A stretch of DNA of 34,779 bases from Bdellovibrionota bacterium FG-2 (GTDB lineage: Bacteria; Bdellovibrionota; UBA1018): assembly GCA_051382305.1 (NCBI GenBank), contig JBBCAV010000187.1, positions 1 through 34,779 on the forward strand, given 5' to 3'. The notes beneath the pieces are model-generated. The model made no database searches. It was given only the letters and a program-made list of their open reading frames with translations, and was not told the DNA's origin. This document shows, piece after piece, positions 8,999-18,461 of this stretch. The translations under genes and the position numbers were made by a program. Position 1 is the stretch's first letter, and the number at the start of each line of letters is the position of its first letter.

Positions 8999-9538
8999 AT
9001 GGGCCACGCCCTTGTGCTGAACGCCTCCTATGAGCCGCTCCACATCGTAACCTGGCAACGGGCGATTCAGCTATTATTTCAGGGAAAAGTTGAAGTCATT
9101 GAAGAATATGACCGGGAGATCCGTACCGTTCGGTTGAGCATCAAAATGCCCGCAGTGCTGCGGCTGCTAAATTACATTCCAACCGCCAAGAAGAAACACA
9201 TCGTTCGCTTTTCTCGAGCGAACATTTTTGTGCGCGACAAACACGTTTGCCAGTACTGCGGCGGAAGCCCCGGCAAGAACCATCTCACGCTGGATCATGT
9301 GATTCCCGTGGTGCAAGGCGGACGTAAATGTTGGGAGAATATTGTGACGGCCTGCAAGCCCTGTAATCAAAAAAAGGGCGGAAAAACCCCCGCTCAAGCC
9401 GGAATGGAACTTCGCGGCAAACCGCAACGTCCAAGTTGGCTGCCCACCAGCATCCTGCAAGTTGAAGTCACGCGCAGCCCCGAGCGCTGGCGCATCTATT
9501 TTCGGAGCGACCTTGACCCCGATTCAAGTTCGTCCTAG
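8999..9538 (+). CDS. HNH endonuclease (COG1403/McrA-like)
   Basis: LVLNASYEPL, RD...CQYCG, LTLDHVIP..GG..WENIVTAC..CN.KKG. Confidence 0.92.
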   Translation: MGHALVLNASYEPLHIVTWQRAIQLLFQGKVEVIEEYDREIRTVRLSIKMPAVLRLLNYIPTAKKKHIVRFSRANIFVRDKHVCQYCGGSPGKNHLTLDHVIPVVQGGRKCWENIVTACKPCNQKKGGKTPAQAGMELRGKPQRPSWLPTSILQVEVTRSPERWRIYFRSDLDPDSSSS

Positions 9539-9550
9539 CCTTCAATAACA

Positions 9551-10039
9551 ATGGCCACACCGACTCCCTACCTAGACACCCTGCTAGCGAAATATGGAGA
9601 TCTCGTTTTTGATCTCTGTGAAGCCATGCTGGGTAACTCTTCAAATGCGCAGAGAGCCTTTAGAGACATCTTCAAAGCCCTGAGACACGAACAGTCCAAA
9701 ACAAATTTTGTAAAATACGAGCGTCCCTGGGTATTGCGAACCGCCTGGGGAAAACTTGAATCATTGACGGAAAAATATACAAAGCAACTCTCCCCTTCAG
9801 AGCAAATTGAACTCGACTCAAAAGCCGAAGGCGAAGCTCGCATGAAACATTTTGGCCACTATTTTCATCGCCTCTCTCGCCCCGATCAGTTTCTCTTACT
9901 TTTGCGCGAAAAGCATAAACTACCCTATTCTGAAATCGCTGCAATTCTCCACGCGCCCGAGGACTCAATCAAAATTCAACGTCAGCACGCCCTTCGAACC
10001 CTTGAGGAGTGGCTGTGGGTTATTCCTAAAGGACTTTAA
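9551..10039 (+). CDS. ECF-type sigma-70 factor, divergent
   Basis: Region-2-like N-terminus (LLAKYGDLVF..MLGN..A..F, WVLR) and region-4 HTH (L...R...LPYSEIAAIL); adjacent anti-sigma. Confidence 0.7.
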   Translation: MATPTPYLDTLLAKYGDLVFDLCEAMLGNSSNAQRAFRDIFKALRHEQSKTNFVKYERPWVLRTAWGKLESLTEKYTKQLSPSEQIELDSKAEGEARMKHFGHYFHRLSRPDQFLLLLREKHKLPYSEIAAILHAPEDSIKIQRQHALRTLEEWLWVIPKGL

Positions 10040-10043
10040 GATA

Positions 10044-10994
10044 ATGATGGATTGCTTTGAATTTCAGAACAAGTCCTCCGACAATATAGACGCCCTCCTC
10101 GCGCCTCTGGATCAGGCACGAGCAATGGAGCATCTTGATGCCTGTGAGAGCTGCCAAGCCAAAATCAACCACTATCAAATCCTCTTAGACGCAATCGCGA
10201 ATCTTCCCAAGGTGCCACTTCCTGAGCCCCTTCGGAAGGCTCCTTTTTCAGGCCCCCTGCCCCGACTCGATATAAGCGGGGGCGAAAAGAACCGATGGGA
10301 GAGATTGCCCTGGTATCTGCGTTCTTTAATTGAAGGGGTAGGAACTATTGTCCTGGTCTTAATTGGAATCTCGGCCGGACCCAAACTACGATCCCTTTAT
10401 GAAAGACAAACTGAGCATAATCTCAGTGAGTACAACGAACCTATTTCAGCACTCACCGCGCCTACCTCGACCGAATCCGGCGAAACATCTGAATCCTCCG
10501 AAGCCGCGCTCCAACGCGGAAAAATCCTCCCAAATGCGGCCGCCCCCAAAAATGAAGCGAGTTCAGAAGAGGCCGAGGAAAACGCCTATGAGGGTGACAG
10601 CGAAGGCGCTTCTGTCGAGGCGGGGGGCAATCAAGAAGACACCGGCTCCGACATTCGCGTCGGCAACTCTGAGATTTGGCGTTTTAGTCTCAAAACTGAT
10701 AACCCGCGCGAGGTACGCGAAAAAGTCGTCAAAATTCTCGGCGACTTGAAAGTGCCACGAAATACTCCCGGTTTTGGGGGAGTGGAGGCCCCCGGAGGAA
10801 TCCAATTTGATTTGCTCGTTCCGCAATCAGTGATTCCAAATCTAAAAAACCAACTGCAAAAACTTGCGCCCACGGCCTCCAAAGAACTCGCAAAATCAAC
10901 CATGGGTGAAACCTTCACTTGGTACAAAAATAAATCAAAAAAACCAATGCCCGCACGAACCTCTCGCATCGTAATTTGGTTGTCGCAGTTTTAG
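10044..10994 (+). CDS. Zinc-finger (ZAS) anti-sigma factor, single TM, extracytoplasmic C-terminal domain
   Basis: HxxxCxxC (HLDACESC) plus an N-terminal Cys; hydrophobic segment TIVLVLIGISAG; ATG just after the sigma stop, so the ORF-track start at 9852 is unlikely. Confidence 0.75.
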   Translation: MMDCFEFQNKSSDNIDALLAPLDQARAMEHLDACESCQAKINHYQILLDAIANLPKVPLPEPLRKAPFSGPLPRLDISGGEKNRWERLPWYLRSLIEGVGTIVLVLIGISAGPKLRSLYERQTEHNLSEYNEPISALTAPTSTESGETSESSEAALQRGKILPNAAAPKNEASSEEAEENAYEGDSEGASVEAGGNQEDTGSDIRVGNSEIWRFSLKTDNPREVREKVVKILGDLKVPRNTPGFGGVEAPGGIQFDLLVPQSVIPNLKNQLQKLAPTASKELAKSTMGETFTWYKNKSKKPMPARTSRIVIWLSQF

Positions 10995-11006
10995 GGCCCG
11001 CCCAGA

Positions 11007-12191
11007 TTAGGGCTGCTCGAGATCTTTGATCGCATCTTGAATACCTTCGGGCGAAAAATAAAATGAATCCGAACTCCCTGGCTTACTCGATTTCACTTCG
11101 CCGTTCCAGCCCTTGATTTGTTCTTTGCCGGTCGCGGGGATCCGAGCCGGAGGAGCTGATCCGAGAGTTGGCTTCGCAACGACAGGTTTTGCGTCGTTCA
11201 TTTGATCAATAATGACTTTTCGGGCGTGCAAAAAAATCTCTTTCTGCTGGAGGGTCAAAGCGTCATCTAACTTAGGGGGCAGTCCTCCAGGAAGGGGCGC
11301 GCTCTTCTTCATTTCCTCAAACTCTTTTTGAAAAACCGCGTAAGCCGCCACATACTTCTGCTTGGCGACCTCATACTGGGGATCGATTTTGGGTTTTCCA
11401 TTGGCATCCAACTCTGGAACCATAAATTTCCCCGCAGCAGGGTTCGAGGGATCTCTGGCAATCTCCTTAAATTTTATATATTCATCCGGAGAAGGCTCAC
11501 GCGGAATCGAATCCAGCCACTTGCTATAGGCTGAAGTCACCATCGTGCGCGTACGCTCATAATCTTTTTGGAGATCATCCAGTGTTGCGACATAGGGGAG
11601 CTGACCCTTCTTGTCTGGTTCGTTAGGTTCTTTTATTCGCTCAAAGAGAGGCGAAATTTTATCACCAACCGGCCCTTTGCCAGGTACGTTCTTGCGATTC
11701 GACAACAGAGCGGCGGCCTCTCCATTTTTGCCAATCGAAAAACCCATTTTTCTCAAACTTTGAAGCCCCACAAACATGAAACGGTTACGACAAGAATCGC
11801 GGTCGTCTTGAGGAAGGCAAAAATTTCCAATCACTTTTTCCAAGGCGGCCTGGGTTTTCGCCTGTTTTGCGGCATCCAGGGTATAGACCAGTTGGAGCGC
11901 CTGAAGTGACATGTTCTCCGTTGCTTTGTCGTATAAACAGGTTTGACCACAGTCTTCGAACTTCGAATCTTGCCAGGGAAACTTCTTGCCTCGCGATGAA
12001 GAAGTTGAAGGGGAGCCGGGCTTTGCTGGCGCCCCAGTTTGCGCCCCGGGCTGCGAAAGGTTACCCGTCGATCCTCCCTGCGCGCGCGGCGCCGCTTGTG
12101 GCGTCACAGGCGACGAAAGATCAGGGTCGCTAGCCCAAGCGCCGTTTGAAAGGCATAATGATAAGAGCAGTATCCCCGGAGAAAGGTTCAT
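11007..12191 (-). CDS. Secreted hypothetical protein
   Basis: Signal peptide MNLSPGILLLSLCLSNGAWA, Pro/Gly/Ser-rich N-terminus, paired cysteines; about 394 aa. Confidence 0.7.
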   Translation of the reverse strand: MNLSPGILLLSLCLSNGAWASDPDLSSPVTPQAAPRAQGGSTGNLSQPGAQTGAPAKPGSPSTSSSRGKKFPWQDSKFEDCGQTCLYDKATENMSLQALQLVYTLDAAKQAKTQAALEKVIGNFCLPQDDRDSCRNRFMFVGLQSLRKMGFSIGKNGEAAALLSNRKNVPGKGPVGDKISPLFERIKEPNEPDKKGQLPYVATLDDLQKDYERTRTMVTSAYSKWLDSIPREPSPDEYIKFKEIARDPSNPAAGKFMVPELDANGKPKIDPQYEVAKQKYVAAYAVFQKEFEEMKKSAPLPGGLPPKLDDALTLQQKEIFLHARKVIIDQMNDAKPVVAKPTLGSAPPARIPATGKEQIKGWNGEVKSSKPGSSDSFYFSPEGIQDAIKDLEQP

Positions 12192-12295
12192 TACCCTATA
12201 TATTTTAGAATACCTGACAAACAAAGTACAGCAAGATAATTAAGACCTTTACGCATATTTAAATAGCAATTTCAAACACTTAAATATCTGTGCCA

Positions 12296-12833
12296 CTACT
12301 CTGAATATCCTGCCGCAAAAACCACGATCTGCATATTTTCAGTATCGATGATCGCGAGATACCGATGATCACTATCGAAAGCGCCTGTTTCCCTGCCCGA
12401 GACCGCAAACGTTCTGGAGTCACCATTGAAGTCGTTACTCAATCTTTCGAGTGCATTATCAATGGCCTGCTTGCCCTCTTGAGCTCCCTCATCGACGCCG
12501 GCCGCACCCGCTACATCTCTCAAGGCCTTTGCAATCGCACCACCGGATCGCGAGACACGATCAGCACTCACGGCATCCACATAGGGCCCCCAGCTTGGAA
12601 ACGATCTTTTCCCATTGGTTTTCAAGTTTCTTGGCAGGCGCGTTCCCTTCGATTTGATAAACCGTCACGGCACAATCAAACTCGTCAACCTGCGCCTTAC
12701 AGACTTCCCCGAAAATCTCTTGAAGAAGAGCGAGCCTAGTAGCCGAGGGGATAGTATGAGATTTTGCCGCAAAAACCGGCAAGGCAAAGATCATTACGAG
12801 TGCGCTGAAAGTAACGAGTTTCAAGATTTTCAT
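12296..12833 (-). pseudogene. Secreted hypothetical protein split by a single-base frameshift (or a sequencing error)
   Basis: ORF 12561-12833 has an SD and signal peptide; ORF 12296-12625 has a protein-like C-terminus; removing one base of the G5 run (12587-12591) joins them into 178 aa. Confidence 0.65.
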
Positions 12834-13018
12834 GGGGCTTCCTTTTTTTAAATTGATTCGTAGTTAGTGGACGCCGGGACAAATAGCGCTGCGCAGCTAA
12901 AAGATACAATATATAAATACACACTTATTATTCATTCAAAGCATAACACCCCCCTCAGTTTTCTTCTTGCCAAACCCAACACTGCGTGTCATAAATGGCC
13001 CCACAAGGAGACCTCGCC

Positions 13019-13855
13019 ATGAAAAGAAATCTACTGACGATCCTCGCCGCTACCTCTCTGCTCTCACTCTCTCAAGGCGCGCTAAGCGCTAAACCCCCCG
13101 CCACAACAACGATGAAAGCCGGAGACCTTGGGCTCTTCGACCGAGTCAGCGTGGGATACTTCGGAATTTATCATGGCAACTCTCTCACCGACCCCAGCTC
13201 CCCCTATGGATTGGATCGAAACGGCAAAGTCAGCACGAAACTTAACATCAATCTCGATGGAACCCTTTCTGCAGCCTACAATCTCGATTCACAACTGAGT
13301 ATGGGTCCCGAAGTTCCCTTCATTCTTGTTCCTGTGCTTGGCAAAGGCGCAATCATGGGCGACGTGGGATTCAATGTTTCGCATAAAAATACGATCAACG
13401 CCCAAGGCTTCAAACTTTCTAATAGCCTTGGCCTCCAACTCCCCACCAGCCAATCATCACAGGATCGCAAGATGAGCATGGCGATAAAACTCGACCCAAG
13501 CATGCGATATGAATTTGCAAAAACTGGCTTCTCGCTGGGAAATTTCAGCGAACTCAAGACTTACCTGGGCGTCACCCGCGATAAGTCCTTCAAGATTTGG
13601 ACGCTGCCTTACGCGAGCTATCAACTAACCCAAAGTGTCTCCCTGAATCTTGCTTACGAAATGGAATGGCAGCACTTCGTCAATACGCCCAATACGCAGT
13701 TTTCGACTTACCAAATGGATCTCCAGCCGGGGCTAAACGTGAACATCACGAAGAATTTATTCTTCAACCCTTACCTTCAGATTTTCACAACCCAATCTGA
13801 TGTGAATACCGATAAGATGGCTCTAGGTGCAGTAATCAGCGCGAAACTGCTTTAG
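13019..13855 (+). CDS. Probable outer-membrane beta-barrel protein
   Basis: SD AAGGAG, signal peptide, many alternating hydrophobic/aromatic strands (e.g. PYASYQLT, SLNLAYEME, PGLNVNIT). Confidence 0.65.
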   Translation: MKRNLLTILAATSLLSLSQGALSAKPPATTTMKAGDLGLFDRVSVGYFGIYHGNSLTDPSSPYGLDRNGKVSTKLNINLDGTLSAAYNLDSQLSMGPEVPFILVPVLGKGAIMGDVGFNVSHKNTINAQGFKLSNSLGLQLPTSQSSQDRKMSMAIKLDPSMRYEFAKTGFSLGNFSELKTYLGVTRDKSFKIWTLPYASYQLTQSVSLNLAYEMEWQHFVNTPNTQFSTYQMDLQPGLNVNITKNLFFNPYLQIFTTQSDVNTDKMALGAVISAKLL

Positions 13856-15075
13856 GCTTTGGCCTTACCCGCTAAGGGACCATGCTGCTTTTCTAGAAGC
13901 TCATAGCGGTTGATCACGCCGCGCACATACTGACGCTTCTCGGCGTAGGTCCCCGGGAAAAAGCTTCGTTTAAAGCCGTAAACCAAAAGGTCCTTGAGTG
14001 CTTCGCCCTTCAAGTTAAACGCATCCATCGCCAGCAGGATCTCTTTAGTGACAGAGGTCTTGCTCACCGTGCGATTATCTGTGCAGATGGTCGTGCTGAG
14101 TTTGGCATCCAGCATTTTGCGAAACTGATGGTTCTCAATGCGACCAATCGAGGGGTTGGTCTGCAAATTACTGGTCAAGCATACTTCAATCGTGATCCTG
14201 CGCTCGGCAATATATTGCGCCAAACGCTCGATATAGGTGGCGGGATTTTTGATCTCAGGAGCCGAAACCTTGTTCGTATCAAAAAGATAATACCCATGCC
14301 CAATGCGATCGGCATAGAGATCCGTGATCGCTTGAAAAATACTCTCCGGACCGTAGGCTTCGCCGGCGTGAACGGTAAGATGCAAGAAGTGTTTATGCGC
14401 ATACTTATAGGCGGCGACATGATCTTCAGCTGGATGCCCGGCTTCAGCGCCAGCCAAATCAAAACCCACGACCGGCAACCCAAAACGATCACGCGTTGCA
14501 ACAGAGGCCTTAGCAAGTTCCAGGGAAGCCAAACCGTGCACAGTTGGATTATCTGAATACTTGTGGGCTTCTAAGAAAGTATCAAAATACTCAGAGAATC
14601 CCTTACCAAAAGCGCGCATCGCGCAGACGATGATCCCATAGTGAAACGCGGGGACTTCACCTGATCGAACTTCAGGCCGGGCATTATATTCTTGCTTGGC
14701 GCGATCCATTCCATTAGTGACGCTTTTTAGAATCGACTCGATATCTTGATTGCGATTAACGTGAAACTGAGGCGCAAAGCGCGCCTCCACATAGCACACG
14801 CCTTCATTGATATTATCTTGCGCAAATTCGTAACTCACCCGCTCGATGTTCTCAGGGGTCTGCATCGCGGCGATGCTCACTCCAAAACATTGCAGATACT
14901 CCCCCAGATCAGCGTACTGATCCCGAAACAAGAGCTTATCCAACCCATCCTCGGTGTACGAAGGAAGCGTAATCTTCTCCTTCTTAGCGATATCAATGAT
15001 TGTTCCAGGCCTTAGCGACCCATCAAGATGAACGTGAAGATCACATTTCGGAATCGCGCGGATAAACTCTTCCAT
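13852..15075 (-). CDS. add: Adenosine deaminase family protein
   Basis: PKCDLHVHLDGSLR, YVEARFAP, GFDLAGAE, TVHAGE, RIGHG, EVCLTSN, CTDNR; ATG overlaps the upstream TAA (TAATG). Confidence 0.9.
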   Translation of the reverse strand: MEEFIRAIPKCDLHVHLDGSLRPGTIIDIAKKEKITLPSYTEDGLDKLLFRDQYADLGEYLQCFGVSIAAMQTPENIERVSYEFAQDNINEGVCYVEARFAPQFHVNRNQDIESILKSVTNGMDRAKQEYNARPEVRSGEVPAFHYGIIVCAMRAFGKGFSEYFDTFLEAHKYSDNPTVHGLASLELAKASVATRDRFGLPVVGFDLAGAEAGHPAEDHVAAYKYAHKHFLHLTVHAGEAYGPESIFQAITDLYADRIGHGYYLFDTNKVSAPEIKNPATYIERLAQYIAERRITIEVCLTSNLQTNPSIGRIENHQFRKMLDAKLSTTICTDNRTVSKTSVTKEILLAMDAFNLKGEALKDLLVYGFKRSFFPGTYAEKRQYVRGVINRYELLEKQHGPLAGKAKA

Positions 15076-16931
15076 TAGATCCACCCCTTCGCCGTTGCCA
15101 AGGCAACGACAATTCCCATCAGAGATTCACCGGCAATGATACCGGAGCTGACGGGGATTACATATTTCTCAGCAAGTTTTGGAACCTTCTTTTCCATAAT
15201 GAGCGCAATCAACGCGCCGATAAACATCGACAGCGAGTTGTAAAACGGAATCACCATGGAAAGTCCAAGCCCCGTTGCTGAAGGAATATACTTCTTCGCC
15301 TTAGGGAAAAACAACTCTAGAAGAGGGAGAATCATTCCGACGAGCAGCCCCATAAATAGCCCCATTCGAGCGGCAGGGTGAAGCGCGTAAAAGCCATTGG
15401 CAAGCAGCCTTGCTACAGCCGTCCAAACCTGGGCGGCAGGCGCGGGCCAGCGATCGGTACCCAGGGACGCCGCATCTGGAACGAGCAAGTAGAAAGCAGG
15501 AACAACAATAAGCACTCCGCCAAAAATCCCCAAGTACTGTGCGATGAATTGTTTGCGCGGGTTGGCGCCCAAAATATAGCCACTCTTTAGGTCGGTTAAC
15601 AAATCAGCCGAAGCGCCGGCCGCACCAGCCGTCACGCTCGCAGTCATCAGATTCGTAATCACATTAGTCGGAGCCAAAATCCCGAAGGTCAGCTGCGTGA
15701 TTTTTCCCATCGCGCCAATTGGAGTGGTATCCGTCTCACCTGTCGCGCGACAGGCGACGAGCGAGAGGAAAAACGTCATCAAGATCGCCAGAATGCCCAT
15801 CCAGATCGAAGTCCCAAATGAAACATACAAAACGGTGATACACCCCAAGCCCGAGAGAATTGTCCCAATCGCAAACCAAGAAGCAGGCACTTCAATACGA
15901 TCCATCGGATTGACTTCGTGAACACCGACACTCTTCTTGATCGCTCCGTAAGCGCGCTTCAACGAGCGCCCGATCACGCGCCACTGCAACGCAAAGCTCA
16001 GCAACCCCGAAGACACCATGATCGAGGCGCCCATCCAAGTGCTCCACTTCATGATCGCGCTATACCCCATCTTTGATGAATCAATGGCCCCAAGCTCCAT
16101 CATCTTAGGAGCTAAAATCGCAAAATTGATAAATCCACCCAGGAGCATCGACCATGCGGCTCTCCACCCCATAATTGCACCTGCGGCGATCATAATTGCG
16201 CTCATGTCAAAACTCAGGGTCCATTTAGCGAGCGGAAAGCCCCCGAGCATGCCTGGAAAATTTAACGAAGCGGGAATCGCAAACGGTTTCCCAGTATCGC
16301 GAAACCAAGTCACCAACACTCCAAATAATCCACCTAGGCCCAGCGAGCGCGCTTTGGACACGGCATCAGGCCCCGTCGCATGTAAACTCCTCAGAGTCTC
16401 AGCACACGCCACTCCGCTCGGAAAGCGAAGTTGCTCGACATTGATCATCTGACGTTTCATGGGGATCGCCAAAAACACTCCCAAAGAGGCCAAAAAGAAA
16501 GTCCACCAGCCCAACACAACCCAGGGGATATGGTGCCCCGTAATAATGAGATACGATGAAATCGCCGAAACCATCGTCCCCCCCGTAGAGGAGCCCGCCG
16601 AAGTTGCGGTCGACTGCATACAGTTGTTTTCTAGAATGCTCATCTCGGTTTTAAACCAGCGCGGAAACGCAGTACGAAGCGTCTTAGAGATGGCATACGA
16701 AAGAATGCAGGAAGTAATCGCAACACCCAATCCCCATCCCGTCTTCAAACCAATATAAAGGTTTGAAAGCGACATGATGCCGCCCAAGAAGACCCCCATA
16801 ACGATCGCTCTTAATGTGAGCTGAGGCATGGTATCGCCCTGATAAACAGTCTCAAACCAATGACGTTCGATCTGTTCCGGCGTTTGAGTTTCAGCCGTCG
16901 TAGTAGCAGTAGTTGTCGTATTCATGGTCAT
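15075..16931 (-). CDS. OPT (YSL-type) oligopeptide transporter
   Basis: QLTLRA, NLYIGLKTGW, ILENN, LRFPSG.A.AETL, DLKSGY.LGANPR.Q, SGIIAGESL; ATGA overlap with the POT stop. Confidence 0.92.
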   Translation of the reverse strand: MTMNTTTTATTTAETQTPEQIERHWFETVYQGDTMPQLTLRAIVMGVFLGGIMSLSNLYIGLKTGWGLGVAITSCILSYAISKTLRTAFPRWFKTEMSILENNCMQSTATSAGSSTGGTMVSAISSYLIITGHHIPWVVLGWWTFFLASLGVFLAIPMKRQMINVEQLRFPSGVACAETLRSLHATGPDAVSKARSLGLGGLFGVLVTWFRDTGKPFAIPASLNFPGMLGGFPLAKWTLSFDMSAIMIAAGAIMGWRAAWSMLLGGFINFAILAPKMMELGAIDSSKMGYSAIMKWSTWMGASIMVSSGLLSFALQWRVIGRSLKRAYGAIKKSVGVHEVNPMDRIEVPASWFAIGTILSGLGCITVLYVSFGTSIWMGILAILMTFFLSLVACRATGETDTTPIGAMGKITQLTFGILAPTNVITNLMTASVTAGAAGASADLLTDLKSGYILGANPRKQFIAQYLGIFGGVLIVVPAFYLLVPDAASLGTDRWPAPAAQVWTAVARLLANGFYALHPAARMGLFMGLLVGMILPLLELFFPKAKKYIPSATGLGLSMVIPFYNSLSMFIGALIALIMEKKVPKLAEKYVIPVSSGIIAGESLMGIVVALATAKGWI

Positions 16932-18364
16932 GTTGAATGGCTCCCCATCGCTTTTTTCAGAGGTTTCGAAAACGCCCACATCGCGAAGCCTGTGCCCACG
17001 CCCAGCGCCGTGAGGAACCAGAAGAATCCGGCCGCAGTCATGATCTTTTGTTCGTAGAGCAACCCGATATAACCCGACAAGATATTGCCGAAGAAGCTAG
17101 AGAGAAACCACATCCCCATCATGAGCGACACGATTCGTGCAGGAGAAACTTTCGTCACTAGTGATAACCCAATCGGAGAGAGATAAAGCTCTCCAACAGT
17201 AAGCAGCAAGGTACAGAAAACGGGCCAGAACCAACTTCCCTTGCCCGTGCCAACAATCCCCGCGCCCACGACCATGACGATGAACGATAAGCCCAAAATA
17301 AGAGAGCCAATGGCCATCTTGGAAACGCTCGAGGGAGCCTTGTTTCTCTGGGCCTGCCACATCCAAAGCATATCGCAAAGAGGTGCCAACATGAAAATAA
17401 AGAGAGGGTTAAAGGACTGAAACCACGTCGAAGGTACTTGGAAACCCATGATAATGGGCCAGGTGGTGTTTTCATCCGCCCAGGTTTGCATGGTGTTGCC
17501 TTGCTGTTCGTAAACAGCCCAAAACACGACGTTGAGCATACACAGTCCCACAAGAGCCAAAATTCGTTTCTTTTCGCCCTGATCCAACTTTTGCTTGGGT
17601 TCGATCTTAGCCGCAGCTCTCGTGACGGTCAGATTATCGGAAGCCAGATATTTTTGTCCCAGAGCATAAATCACAAGCCCGCAGACCATTCCGATTCCAG
17701 CAGCGCCGAAGCCGTAATGCCAGCCGAGGGTGGCCGCTAGAGTTCCGCACACGAGATTGCAAATGAAAGCGCCGAGATTGATTCCCATGTAAAAGATGGT
17801 GAACGCGCCGTCACGTCGTGGGTCATCGGCAGCATAAAGGTTTCCAACCTGGGTTGAAATATTGGGTTTGAAAGCCCCATTACCGATAATCAAAAATAGA
17901 AGTGCGACAAAAAACCAATTTTCGAAGGCCATGGTGAAGTGACCGATAGCCATCAAAGCGCCACCTAAGAACACCGTTTTGCGCTGTCCCCAGTAACGAT
18001 CAGCGATGTAACCGCCCAAGAACGGGGTCAAGTAGACCAAGCCTGTGTACCAACCATAGACAACCGAAGCATACGCACCAGGAACGGTATTAGGATCTGA
18101 ACTAATGAGATTGCGAATCGTCTCCCAACCAAAAACGAGGGCGGGATTACCAGCGCCGCGATCCGTTCCGCCTTGAAGGATTTGGCGAGACGCAACGAAG
18201 AGGTAATTCACCATATAGAGCTTTAAAAGCCCGCGCATTCCGTAATAGGAGAAGCGCTCCCACATTTCGGTGAAAAATAGGACAAAAAGACCAACGGGGT
18301 GTCCTAAGAATGTTTTGTTACTGATAGGGGCATTCATGGTCACGGAAGCTGTTTGTGTAGTCAT
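16928..18364 (-). CDS. POT/PTR family proton-dependent di/tripeptide MFS transporter
   Basis: GHP.GL..LFFTEMWERFSYYGMR, GGYIADRYWG, FKPNIS, FYMGINLG, FQSFNP, GEL.LSP.GLS. Confidence 0.95.
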   Translation of the reverse strand: MTTQTASVTMNAPISNKTFLGHPVGLFVLFFTEMWERFSYYGMRGLLKLYMVNYLFVASRQILQGGTDRGAGNPALVFGWETIRNLISSDPNTVPGAYASVVYGWYTGLVYLTPFLGGYIADRYWGQRKTVFLGGALMAIGHFTMAFENWFFVALLFLIIGNGAFKPNISTQVGNLYAADDPRRDGAFTIFYMGINLGAFICNLVCGTLAATLGWHYGFGAAGIGMVCGLVIYALGQKYLASDNLTVTRAAAKIEPKQKLDQGEKKRILALVGLCMLNVVFWAVYEQQGNTMQTWADENTTWPIIMGFQVPSTWFQSFNPLFIFMLAPLCDMLWMWQAQRNKAPSSVSKMAIGSLILGLSFIVMVVGAGIVGTGKGSWFWPVFCTLLLTVGELYLSPIGLSLVTKVSPARIVSLMMGMWFLSSFFGNILSGYIGLLYEQKIMTAAGFFWFLTALGVGTGFAMWAFSKPLKKAMGSHST

Positions 18365-18408
18365 TAAAAAGATCTAACCCGAAGCGGCGGAGAATCAAAA
18401 TTATTTAT

Positions 18409-18435
18409 GCCGCAGGCAACCAGTTTAGTCAGATG
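18409..18435 (+). repeat. 27-bp direct repeat, copy 1
   Basis: GCCGCAGGCAAC-CAG-TTTAGTCAGATG; 24/27 identical to 21228-21254. Confidence 0.9.
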
Positions 18436-18461
18436 AATCAGTTCCGGCTCACCGTCGGCGC

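Noticed and set aside
9852-10043. Extended N-terminus of the anti-sigma ORF
   Set aside because: Overlaps the sigma gene; the ZAS domain begins at ATG 10044/10047
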